Assembly (NCBI GenBank): GCA_008632985.1
Contig: QPGO01000015.1
Coordinates: forward strand, 435,998-499,997
From: Psammoneis japonica
Taxonomy: Eukaryota
Length of the DNA: 64,000 nucleotides
Direction of reading: 5' to 3'
Shown here: positions 47,520 to 58,352 of the stretch, piece after piece
Layout: each line of letters begins with the position of its first letter
How positions within the stretch are numbered: the first letter of the stretch is position 1
Notes under the pieces: generated by a model
The model's input: the letters and a program-made list of their open reading frames with translations, nothing else
What the model was told of the DNA's origin: nothing
The model's database searches: none
Translations under genes and position numbers: made by a program

Positions 47520-49800
47520 TGCCCGCATCTACGGTATCACACGGGCCACACTGCAAGATCTCCCTGAGAATGACGTGCGGGTTGGCGGGTGACGGACATC
47601 TGTCCGAGACATTGAAGAAATAAAACCGTTTGCAGAGCAGCAAGAATGGGTCGCTGCACAGACCAGACAAATTTGCACATGAAAGATGAATGAACGGGAC
47701 ACACAAAAAAACACTGGTGAGGTGTCTCGAGTTTCATCAAAACACAAAACCAAGTCAATCACAACACACTCACATGGGCACCCTCTCTTTGGTGTTTGTG
47801 ACAAGTCTGTCGTACAAACACCAGCATCACAAGCTTCTGCTGGGCTCCGTCGCGCGCCGTTTTTGCTCGAAAGGAGCACACTTTTCAGAAATTGTGAAAG
47901 CCAAAAATGATGTGCCATGATCATGTGCCAAACAAGACACCAAGAAGCAAGTTGAGAGCATCTCATGGGCAAGTGTGAAAGGCTTCTCAGCAGGACGAGT
48001 GCTGTGCTGGTGCAAACACCTCAACAAAGGCTCCAACATTGCAGAAACAACAGCTGACCACACAAGATGATCAAACCACCTTTGAAGCTGCAACAAAACA
48101 CAACCAAGTGGTGACAACAAGTGAGCAGGAATGGGGTCAAACACACAGAAAAGACTTGCTGCAGCAACACTGTTGAGGCCACTCAGATGTTGCCCACTGC
48201 CCACACTGCACAGCAACCAAGCAATGAATCAAGGCACACAACCATTTGAACCATGTGTTTCAACCAAAGCCAAATTGCCAAACCAACGTGTTGAGCTGTT
48301 GATGGGTTCCAGTCCCAGCAGGTGGGACTCCGTGTGACATTGGGCCCACAGAATTCTGCGTGCAAGCTCCCTGGTGAGTTTGTGAAGCCATGAAAATGTG
48401 GGTGATCGACAGCAGAAAAACAGGCAATTTTGTGAATGTGTCTCCTCCCTCACACTTGAAGCACACAATTGACAGTTTGCTCAGTTACATTCCACAGAAA
48501 AAAATGTGCCCAGCCCATTTTCATTCTCACAAATGTTGAAAATGCTTCTAGAAAGGCCTTTGGCTTTGCAAAACAGGGAGTGTGAAACAATTCATGAAAC
48601 CTGCCAAGGTTTCACTGTGCTCTGCCATGGCAAAACTGCCAACCAGTGTGATGATGGCACACCAAGGTCAGCAACTTTTGCCATCAAGCATGTCTGTTCC
48701 AGCACCCAACAGGTGTCTGCACTTTGTTTGCATGCAAGCTGTCTGCTTGTTGCATTGGATGCAGCGGCCAATTCAACAAAATGGCACCACAATGTCTCAC
48801 TGTGAACAGGGCATTTGACAGCATGACAGTGCCATTGAGTGGGCTGTCTCTTGCAGGGCATTGGGCTGGCATGCCCCCCCCCCCCCATTTGAAGCCCAGA
48901 TTGAGTTGACGAAGCTCCAGGGTGTGAACAAAGGTGTCTTGGCAACACAAATGAGCAGCAAGTTGAAAAAAAGCACCCTGAACACAGACCTCATCTTAAA
49001 GATCATGACAGCATGTGAACTCCCTGCTGGCAACAATCCCACTTGAATGGGCAGCCAGCAACATGCTGCAGTTTGTGGCGGCAGCCAGCCACTCCAGTGA
49101 AAAGTTTGAGTGTGTGTCACAACTGTTCTCTGCCCCCCCCCCCCACTGCTGCACAACCCAAATACAGTGGCAAAGGCCTTTCACTGGTTTGTCATGAAGG
49201 ACATGAGCATCACTTTAACAGGCATGGGAAGGAAGAGCTGGAAGCCAAAGTTTGTTGAGTCTGTCATCAAGTTGATGTGCTTGCAAGTCGTTGAAGGAGA
49301 AGCAGAAAATGCCCTCACCAGCACATGGACATGGCTGATGTCAATGTTCAGAGCAACAAAAAAGCCTGCCATGACAAGATCAAAGCTTTGAAAGTGTCAA
49401 AGAAAGAGCACAGAACCCTTGAGCGCAGCTGGCAGAGCAGCAGCTGCCGGAAGATCTGGCGCACAGCACCACCAGTGTGATTTCTTGCAGCTGCCTTGTG
49501 TGCCAGCAGCACAGCACTAGCATGCTGCGCACCACATTGCCACAGCTGCCAGCTGGTGCAAAGAGAAAGCAATGGGAGGGCAACGAGCCATCATTGTCTC
49601 TCTGTGCTGACAAACCTGTGAGCGGCCCACATGCGGGGTTGCCGCACTCCCCACAGCGGAGATGATGCATGTGTGCAGAAAAACGCGGCCTTTTTTGTGG
49701 TGCCCCTCCCCACCCCACCAGACATTTGCTGTTTGCTGCAGACAGCTCATCGTTTTAGTCAGCACAGCAATGTTGCTGCTTGCCAGTGGGGCATCTCCGC
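47520..49800 (+). mobile_element. Degenerate DNA-transposon-like sequence, possibly a hAT transposase remnant
   Basis: TpA/CpG-depleted. The fragments SPSRWDSV (cf. hAT TRWNS) at ~48310 and SQLFS...GRKSWKPKFVESVIKL (cf. hAT C-terminal dimerisation region) at ~49120-49275 are in the expected order. No convincing TIR or TSD found. Confidence 0.35.
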
Positions 49801-49987
49801 CAGCGATTCTATTGGGAACGTGACAATAAAGCGTTATATCCGACTACGACGATGTTTTATTCATCCAGCCAAACGCGTCGTACGTGCTCGTCCGTCAGCA
49901 GGTTGATTATTTCTCCATCAATTTTTATCATTTTTTTACATGTTTTTCTTCAATTTCGCTTTTCACCTCCACCTGAACCTCTTGACC

Positions 49988-50734
49988 ATGGCGAAACGAA
50001 GCTCGCCCTTCGAATGTCAGTCACTGGGATCTTCATTGAAGCGCGTGCGAATATCTGCGAGCCCTGGGGAGCTGCGTTTGGAGCGTGATCTGAAGGCTTT
50101 GTCATTGTGCGGTTGGACACAGCTAAGCGAAAAATCTTGGCGACACGACTCTCGCGACACGCTGTTGGAGAGGCACTCGAGTGATCCGTTGCGCCTCATC
50201 TTGACCATTGGGCGGACCAGTCATGTGTCTATCCAGATACCTCGCCTCTATCCGCACCGCTGTCCCGTGGTGAGTCGAGTAACCAACTGTGCTGCACAGT
50301 ACCCAACGTTGAACCCAAGCCCGGATCGAAGTGGTCGATTGGAACAAGTCATTGTAACGGTGGCACCGCCTTGTAACGGAGACGATGAACACGACTGTAT
50401 CAGAGACAATTCACCTGTACTACAGCGCTACGGAACGGTGGTGTACGATCGGTGGTCGCCTGTGCAGTGCATTTCAGATTTGCTCGACTTTGTTATCTCG
50501 GTCTTGGGGGAACAAACTGATCGAAGCACGACTCCTTTACATAGCAACTGCGAAATGGCAATAGAAAAGCATCAAGACCCAATATTGAAAGATGAACGCG
50601 ACAAGGAATCTAGAAAACTAAAAGAGGTTTTCTTAGAAAATCGATTTGACGTGGGTTATGAAAAAGGCGACTCTTATGCTTCTACGGAAAGCGACCCTCG
50701 TTCGATACGAGAGTACAGCAACATGGAAACATAG
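49988..50734 (+). CDS. Hypothetical protein with a divergent UBC/E2-like fold
   Basis: SPGELRLERDL, IQIPRLYPHRCPVV and WSPV..ISDL resemble E2-fold elements; no clear HPN/catalytic Cys motif. Confidence 0.5.
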   Translation: MAKRSSPFECQSLGSSLKRVRISASPGELRLERDLKALSLCGWTQLSEKSWRHDSRDTLLERHSSDPLRLILTIGRTSHVSIQIPRLYPHRCPVVSRVTNCAAQYPTLNPSPDRSGRLEQVIVTVAPPCNGDDEHDCIRDNSPVLQRYGTVVYDRWSPVQCISDLLDFVISVLGEQTDRSTTPLHSNCEMAIEKHQDPILKDERDKESRKLKEVFLENRFDVGYEKGDSYASTESDPRSIREYSNMET

Positions 50735-50798
50735 CGTGAAGCTGTTCATAAGTGTACGAGTACAATACCGAAGGCGCCCAATATCTCTGTGGTAAACG

Positions 50799-52571
50799 TT
50801 ACTTTAGATTGTGCTTGATTGATTCCAACTCCTCTTGCCATTCGGCTTCTCTTGATATCTTCGCCAGTTGTTCCTCGTTCAAACTTTTCCCATCAGCTTG
50901 CATTGATCTCAATTTTCCAATGGCTTTGATGTTCTTGAGCAACTTCTTTCTCCGCTTACGGGCTTTGCGCACTGACTCTTCATCTAATATACTTGTTGTT
51001 GGACCAACAAGCACCGTATCTTCATTGCTCGAGACTGGCGGTTCTGGGAACGAGCTCTGCACCAAGGCAATGAGGCGTGATGCTTCCTCCATTTCAACGG
51101 AGTCGGCTTGGTACTCTGGATCTTCAAAATCGTCGTCGTCTAAATTCACAGCATTAGAATCAAAGGTAAATTCCACAAAGTCACTCGCCTCTTTCTCCTG
51201 ATCTTCGTAAACACCAACAATGGGGGAAGACATGGCCTGAGGAGGTGCCTTGTCCATGAATGATTTCAAGTCTCTGACTACTTTCCCTTCTTTTGCATCC
51301 TGCAAATTTTCCTCTTCCTTTTCTTTCTTTTGGATCTTGGCCTTAAGCTGTCCGCATCCGGCATCAATATCGATTCCTCGTCTAACTCTTGGGGATGTGG
51401 AAATGCCATAGTCCTCTTCCATAATACGGATAAACTCATTCACTCTGTTTCGTCCACTGGGGCTTCCTTGAAATCCTCCCGTTGGGTTCAGTGGAATAAC
51501 ATTGACAAACACCATATCACGTCGAAGACCATGCCGACGTATGAGCCTCCCAAGCTTGCGTGCTGTTTCAGGAGTGTCGTTTTGTCCCTCAATCAAAGCC
51601 CATTCCAACGTAATGCGCCGACCAGTCGTGTCAATGTATTCTTTCAGTGTCGTCATGAGTTCGTCCAAACCACCGTAGCGTCCATTGGCAGGCAACAAGG
51701 CTGTGCGCTCTTCGTCAGTTGCACAATGCAGTGAAACGGCTAATCTTACTTGAGGGACGTCGGGATCATTCATGAGCTTGCGAATGTTAGGAACAACGCC
51801 CACAGTGGACATGGTAATTCTTCGCGCTCCGATTTCCAGTTCACTGCATATTCGATTTACCGCTGCAACGACATTACGATAGTTGGCCAATGGCTCCCCC
51901 ATACCCATGAAAACGATATTTGAGAGTCGTTTCTTCTGTTGCTTCAATTCCAAGGCAAACCGTGAAACTTGTTCGAAAATCTCATCGGAAGATAATTGTC
52001 TAGAAAAGCCCATCTGACCAGTTGCACAAAAAACGCACCCCATTGCACAACCAGCCTGAGATGAAATGCAAGCTGTGTAGCGACCGTCTTCATACGGCAT
52101 TAATACGCTTTCGATAAGCTGCCCATCCCACAGTCGGTAGGCTCGCTTTCGTGTGCCATCTTTGCTGACCATCTCCAGGTCGAGTTTCAAAGCCCCCGTT
52201 GAAACAAGCCCCTTGAGATCGCTGCGCAACTTCAGTGGTAGGTTGTTCATATCATCAATGTTAGTCACTCCCTGCTCTCGCACCCAATTAAAAACTTGCT
52301 TGGCTCGAAATCTGGGATAGCCCCACGATGTCAGGACATGCTCCAGTTCTTCCTGCGTCACAGTATGCAGGTTGATGAGCTTGTTGTCCGACGAGCTCGG
52401 TATAGTTTCTTCCAAGGCCACGCTTAGTCTCGAAAGAGTTCGATCAAAAGAAGAAGAAAGCGCACGCGTTCTTCCCATGGAGAACGCCATTGCTGCAGGC
52501 GGTAAAAGCGACTTTGCGAATAAACAAGAAAGCATGATTGTCAGCGCAGATTCATATGGCTTGTTCTTCAT
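50799..52571 (-). CDS. rlmN: RlmN-family radical-SAM rRNA/tRNA methyltransferase, probably plastid-targeted, with C-terminal extension
   Basis: Motifs SKDGTRK, IESVLMP, CISSQAGCAMGCVFCATGQMG, FMGMGEPL, MSTVG, LAVSLH, VNVIPLNP, RRGIDIDAGCGQL; presequence ending AMA-FSM. Confidence 0.92.
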   Translation of the reverse strand: MKNKPYESALTIMLSCLFAKSLLPPAAMAFSMGRTRALSSSFDRTLSRLSVALEETIPSSSDNKLINLHTVTQEELEHVLTSWGYPRFRAKQVFNWVREQGVTNIDDMNNLPLKLRSDLKGLVSTGALKLDLEMVSKDGTRKRAYRLWDGQLIESVLMPYEDGRYTACISSQAGCAMGCVFCATGQMGFSRQLSSDEIFEQVSRFALELKQQKKRLSNIVFMGMGEPLANYRNVVAAVNRICSELEIGARRITMSTVGVVPNIRKLMNDPDVPQVRLAVSLHCATDEERTALLPANGRYGGLDELMTTLKEYIDTTGRRITLEWALIEGQNDTPETARKLGRLIRRHGLRRDMVFVNVIPLNPTGGFQGSPSGRNRVNEFIRIMEEDYGISTSPRVRRGIDIDAGCGQLKAKIQKKEKEEENLQDAKEGKVVRDLKSFMDKAPPQAMSSPIVGVYEDQEKEASDFVEFTFDSNAVNLDDDDFEDPEYQADSVEMEEASRLIALVQSSFPEPPVSSNEDTVLVGPTTSILDEESVRKARKRRKKLLKNIKAIGKLRSMQADGKSLNEEQLAKISREAEWQEELESIKHNLK

Positions 52572-52829
52572 GGTCAGCGGTGTAAAACCACACCGGTAGG
52601 CGACTTCTTGTAATGTTTGGCTTATGACTTGCACTTTTTGATGGCATGGGTCTGGATGAGAGTTCGGCGGAAATTTTTGGGAGTGGTAGGTGCGGGCGCG
52701 GAGCGAGTGCGGCGGTGTGCCGCGTGAGTGAGTGGCTGGTGCTCGCTGCTCACTTTTTCGCGCGAGCAGGGTGCGCGAATAATCAGTCTTGTGAAGAAGG
52801 TCCCACGAATTGGAGACTCATTCGACTGA

Positions 52830-53005
52830 CTCTCTACTGTAGAGTACTACCGCAGCGGTTTACAGTACATACTGTAGCGAGTAAGGTAGGAGAGGGCCCT
52901 CTCTACTCTAGAGAGGCAATGTAGCTAGCTAGCTAGCTAGGGGGGGCCTCTACGGTAGAGAGCTGCAGTAGAGGAGTAGCTCTAGCTAGAGTAGAAGGCT
53001 AGAGC
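52830..53005. other. TpA-rich intergenic motif island (CTAG, TACTGTAG/TACAGTA, (TAGC)n)
   Basis: Seen directly; similar islands occur in other head-to-tail spacers. Function is unknown. Confidence 0.6.
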
Positions 53006-53259
53006 ACCAAATGCATGAGTCGTCGCATCTGTCGCTGTTTGGAACGGAAATGACGGATGCTGAAAACAATCCGATTCTTGTGTTGCTCAACGTTGATGAA
53101 TGATTATTCAATACAATGTCTTGGCTATCTGGTTGTCGTTGTCACGAAATTTGTGGAGTCCTGACTGCTGTGTTTGTTGCATTGGTTGTGAACCAATGGT
53201 GGTTGTTCTGGGTTGCGGCTCACAAAGAAAAATCCAGTCACTCCTTTCTTCTAGATTGG

Positions 53260-54288
53260 CTAGAGTTCCGCAAGTCGTTGGCGCACAGTATCTACGGATG
53301 GAGCATCACCTTTAACGTTTACGACGGCAAAATCCATGTCACGAGCGCAGTCTGCTTCGCATATTTGTGCAGTGATCTCAGCCAATGTACTTCTGAGGGT
53401 GTCTCCTAGAAGTTCATCTCCTCGACCAACGGAAACATCTTGGGTGTCGGCATCCTTGTCCAACTGAAAGAGAGTACCAAGATAGTAGTTATTGTCATAC
53501 GGGCCACCAAATAGTTGTCCAGGTCGAACGATAGTGTACGAATAGCCCTGTGAAGATGCGGAATTAATCACAGCAGACTCTCCAGCCGCTTTTGCATCCA
53601 ACACGCCACAAGCATTGAGGACTGGGAACGGCATTGTCGTCCGACGTTGCACCCCAATAGAGCTCAACATTACAACTCTTTTTTTCGGTACAGTGCAACA
53701 TTTTTCCCATGCTTCAAGAACGAGCTCGTTTGCACGCGTATCGACATTGTTGGGTGTATTCAAGCCCAGTTTGTCCAGATCAGTTATTGCATCTTTGACG
53801 GAAAACTTATTTTTCACAAGTGACTTTAGTACTTGATTGGTGACTGAAAATTCTCCTGATCTTGACCAAGCCTTGGTCGGGAAGGCCGTTGTCCCAGTGC
53901 AAATCACAATGGCATGCGCGTTCTTTAGAGCGGGGAACAACGAACTGCCGTCGCCCTCCTCCAGTTCTTCAAGCAGGTCAGATTCAAATAGCCGGACGCG
54001 ATCTTCTCGGCCATCAAAGAATGGCTTTATAGAGCTGACATCACGGACCACGCCGTTAACATTGTAGGTATCTGAAAGTCTGAGAGCTACAAGTTTACCG
54101 ACATTGCCAGAGGCACCAATTACCGCAACTGTGTCCCCCGGTTTCAAAGCAGATTGGTTGCTACCCTGCTGATTCGACCAAGGCGCTTCAAATTTGGGAA
54201 GCTGAAATCCAGCAAAAGCGTGACATTGTCGCGTAACTTGCAGCAGTAGAGCCGCGGCAACGATGCCGAGGCGGCGGTAGGTCGTCAT
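53260..54288 (-). CDS. Plastid NAD(P)-binding Rossmann-fold protein (atypical SDR, TIC62/Ycf39-like)
   Basis: Signal peptide ending CHA-FAG; motifs VAVIGASGNVG, ICTGTTAFP, SSIGV, YTIVRPGQL. Confidence 0.85.
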   Translation of the reverse strand: MTTYRRLGIVAAALLLQVTRQCHAFAGFQLPKFEAPWSNQQGSNQSALKPGDTVAVIGASGNVGKLVALRLSDTYNVNGVVRDVSSIKPFFDGREDRVRLFESDLLEELEEGDGSSLFPALKNAHAIVICTGTTAFPTKAWSRSGEFSVTNQVLKSLVKNKFSVKDAITDLDKLGLNTPNNVDTRANELVLEAWEKCCTVPKKRVVMLSSIGVQRRTTMPFPVLNACGVLDAKAAGESAVINSASSQGYSYTIVRPGQLFGGPYDNNYYLGTLFQLDKDADTQDVSVGRGDELLGDTLRSTLAEITAQICEADCARDMDFAVVNVKGDAPSVDTVRQRLAEL

Positions 54289-54632
54289 GGTCGGTCACCA
54301 CTTTTTGTGTCGCGGCGCCGCGGAGCGAAAGGCGAGCGATCGTATCGCAATGACGTGTTCGACGTCTTGCTTCGTCCCGCATCCCGCATCCCATTGAAAT
54401 TTGTAAACTAGTCTAGACTCTACATAGAAGTAACTTGAGGGTAGTCTCTAAAGTACCTTGAAGCGAACAGTGCACAGAACTGTCACAGAATGAAAGAAAA
54501 GTCTTACTTCTAACACACATAAAAAATACATGCACGGTTGCGCCATTTAACAAGTCGCAGGGAGCATCAAAGCCCACCGGGAATCAATCGCTACCGTACT
54601 ACTTCCGCTCACGCAAAAAGTATTCACCAACA

Positions 54633-56154
54633 TCAATCCAAAAAGTAGTGTGAGATATCGTTCATGGCACGAGTAGGCGTTCGAAGAGACGGCAGTTCTC
54701 CGGATGCCTGTCCATAGTCGTCACTGTACAGTTCCGAGCTAGCTTGTACATCCCCGGCAACTAGATGATACGAGAGACGCGCAATGACATTCTTCAATCC
54801 ATTCACAACCCTATCCCTTTCCTCGTACGATTGGGTTTCAAAAACATGCACATCCCCATCTTTCGTTGTTATAGTGAAAAAGCACATATCAAAGCCGTCA
54901 TCGTCTTCTTCTCTTTCTTCCTCTATGCTTGTGGAATCCAGTATCGAATGAATACTGAGGAGATTAACTTTAGTGGTTTCGATATGAGCATCAAAACCCC
55001 CGCCGTGAGTTGACCAATCCAAGGTTGGCTGAAGCACTGTAGGTCCGCTACTATTTCCAGGCCTTATAAACATGGTAACAGAGCGACCAGTCCAATCTTC
55101 GATATCGGTTCCTTGTGGCGGGACATGGTTTAGAAGCGGAATTCCAGTTTTGGTAGCTTCCTGACAGTTGTAGGGTAACAATCGGAGTGAGAACAATGCC
55201 GAGAAAGCTGCAAATTGAAGCTCGCCAGTGAACCAAGTAGAGTTCTCGGAGGAAACCGATCCTTACCTCGAGAAATTTGAGAGTAAACTCCAAGCTGTAG
55301 TAGGGTCGCTTTTGTCCGTTAACATAAGAGCCACAAACCTTGTCGTAAAACAAGTTGCCGCCACAAGTCATTTTTTCAACAATACTCCCCCGCCCTGGCG
55401 TGGTGTCGTCGTTGCAGTTGAACACATCTAATAACTTCCTCGCCACGTTGGTCTCTTCCATGTCAGCCCGATCTTGCCGCCCAAAGTCAGAGGGCAGCGT
55501 GTTCTCCAAGTCAAGCATCTCATCGCCTTCGTAGTCCGCCTTCGCGTCAAACGGCTGCTCTTCCACTGTCTCACTGAAGGCAACATCTTCTTCCTCAGTT
55601 GCTTTTTCTACATCAACTTCTTTTGTCTCCTCCAGTTGCTCTTCTTCATAGTCTACTTCTACATCATCGCTGAAAAGTACTTTTCGGACATCATCGTGTG
55701 TCACTTCCTCCCCGTTCTCCTCAATACCTCTCTCATTTGATTTCGCATCCAACGAGTTTGCTGCTGTTGAAGCAGTTCCTAAAAGCGTTGCTACAACCTC
55801 AAGTGATTCGTCCGTTTCATTCAAGCCAGTGTCAAGAGTGTCCTGCGTGCCGGGCTCTTTGGTTGGGACGACGCTGAGAGACGCGAGCATGCCCGTGGGT
55901 GTTTCTTCAGGCCTGCCGGCAACTTCGTCATCGTCGCCACGAGTTTCGTCAATGGTTCCAAGGGGAGAACTGAAGTCTTTGGAAGTCGTTCGTACCGGAC
56001 CTCTGCTGTTCTTCCGTCGTAGAGATGTGTAGTTCTCCTTCGTCGGCGCTGGCTGTTCTTTCTTCTTTGTTGAAGTTGCAGAAGCAACAAGCTCGGCGTC
56101 CCTCTTGGAGGATGCTTTATTTTTCGATTTTTTCCTCCGGAAAGAAAACCCCAT
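54633..56154 (-). CDS. Hypothetical protein with possible N-myristoyl/basic N-terminus, acidic disordered middle and C-terminal PH-like domain; 2 exons, intron ~55267-55161
   Basis: MGFSFRRKKSK start; the C-terminal FFTITTKDGDVHVFE.....RDRVVNGLK resembles the last strands and helix of a PH fold. Confidence 0.65.
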
Positions 56155-56741
56155 GGTTAACGCAGTTCTCTCTCTCTAGTACATTGAAGGTCTTAGACGG
56201 TCGAAACGGTCTCGTCGGGATGAGTATGTTCGTTGCACCTCTGTCGTAATCTCGTGCGCTCTCGTTGTATTACCTTTACCGCGGGGGCTGGGTGTTGTCT
56301 TTGTTCGCGGTCTCGTTTAGGCAGGTTGCCGCGAAATTATTTTGCGGGCTTCGGTTGAGTCCCGTGCGGAACATGTCGCATCATTCAATTATATTCCATT
56401 TTAAAAAGGTTTATATTATTTGAATAATTTGTCTTCATCTTTGGATTTTGACAGCATTATCCTAAGTATTCAAATTTTAATCAACTTATTTTTTCAAAAG
56501 TGTTTGACTATGAAGGATAATCAATTTCAATTATAAGGCATGTATTTTTAACCATATTTTGAAATTATCTCTACGAGTTTGGATAATATATGTTTTTTCC
56601 ACGACGACACGTGTCCCTCTCACTTTTTTGCGAAAACACGACAGGCAACCTACAACAAAAAATGAAAGGCATGACTGTTTCCCCCGATGATTGCGCTCTC
56701 GCATCATCCAGCTCATTTTGAATGGAAATATTAATACCAAG

Positions 56742-57818
56742 ATGACCCAGTGCTTTAGATTCAGATGCTTTCTTGGACTACTGTGCTTAGTCGCTTTTCC
56801 AGCGGGAACATCTTGTGTGAATTCACCTGTGACGAAAAACAGTTACCATGTCAGCGCGTTGAATAATCCATCCCTCGGTCTTCTAGATTGTGGAACTAGC
56901 TCGTCTAGACTTGTCGAGCTCAGAGATCATGGATCATGCCCCGAAAATATAATTATCGCTAAGGCCCCTGCCATGAAACGCAGACTGTCTCATGTGGTGG
57001 CTACAGTGTTGACGTTCGCCTTGTATGCTTCGATTCTCAATGCTTCATTGTCAACCGATCCCGAGAACTATAAATGGATCATTTTGGCGGCATCTGGATA
57101 CTTGTTAGAGGCAGCCACTTGCAGTGCTCGTCGATACCTTTCGAATAGTTACTCCCCACAAGAATTCCACTCCTACTTGGAAAAAATGCGGCAAGCACCA
57201 CCAAATGTGCAATGGACGGCAGAAGCATTCCACTATGAGGGTGACAGCCTGCATCCCAACCAAAGACGGGATTCAAGTCAACATTCATCAGAAAAAGTGG
57301 TCACTTATAGAGGCTCACAATCACTTCTGATACAGCGGTGAGGAGGAGTACAGCTCAACATGTCGTTATGAACTTTTTTTTTTCAAGAGACATTTAACGA
57401 CGCTTCTCTCTACAATCACAGGTGGAAGGATATCACAAACAGCGTGTCCGCGGAACGGGCATTGGATATGGACAAATCTTCGTCAGAAGCTGCTTTTGTA
57501 AAGATTACATTGTCCAAGCTTGTCGTATTTGCAAGTTCAGAGAGTTTTGCCAGATTTTCTCACCAGGAGAAAAGCTTTCTAATGACAGCAAAAGCCCGCG
57601 ACATTTATGTGAACTCCTCCCGGAACGTCGAGTTAGAAGGTTTTCGTCGCAAGATTTTGGCCGTGCGAACTGGCTTGGGTACATCTGGAACTGGTTTTGT
57701 AAAGGTGTTGTGGTTTTGGTTCTTCACATTGCTTACATTCACCGTTCCGTTTCGCATCTGGTTTTCCAAGCATTGCTTGGAGGCGGAGATTACTGTAACT
57801 AAAGAAGTCACTGTATGA
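56742..57818 (+). CDS. TMEM151-like membrane protein; 2 exons, intron 57338-57421
   Basis: YLLE..CS.RRYL, YLEKMRQAPP.V.W.AEAFHY, KVVTY, R|WKDIT and FWFFTLLTFTVPFRIWF...VTKEV match TMEM151-family motifs. Confidence 0.7.
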
Positions 57819-57957
57819 AATTCAATAACGCCACCATCATTGCTCTGGAGTTTGGTCTACCTCCCCAATTTCACGGCCGACTCAACCATCGTCAAGGTAG
57901 CGATGAGCCGTAAGCTACACTCGCACTGTTGGTTGCCTGTCGCTCCCAAAATGTGAG

Positions 57958-58090
57958 TCTAGAACAGAGTCTAACTAGAGTAGCTATTAGAGCCAAAGGT
58001 TGTCGTCCTTACCGGTAGACTACCGGTACTCTACTGTAGCTAGCTAGGAGTAGTAGAGTAGAGTACCTAGCTAGACCTACCGGTAGTACC
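57958..58090. other. TpA-rich intergenic motif island (TACCGGTA x3, CTACTGTAG, CTAGCTAG)
   Basis: Seen directly, between the TMEM151-like 3' end and the PDZ-ferredoxin promoter. Confidence 0.6.
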
Positions 58091-58352
58091 TGCACCGAAC
58101 TGGAGCGAACCAGCCGCACGGACGACACACGGACGCAAAATTTGCTTTTGGCGCGCGCGCTTGCCACGTCACTGCATTTTTTTGCTCACGTTTTTGGCGT
58201 GTCAGACTGTTTTGAACGAACGAACAGCCAGATCAGCACGACTTTTGTTCAAGCTGATGCTGGCAAACTCAGTCTCATGTTCGGGGTTGCCATTGCTTCT
58301 AAATTGTTATTATTGTTCTCAGAATAATACCAAAGCTTTTAAAATATTCAAT

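Noticed and set aside
56385..56600. AT-rich patch as a centromere or MITE
   Set aside because: It is only about 200 bp, lies in a divergent promoter and has no TIR or TSD that I could find.
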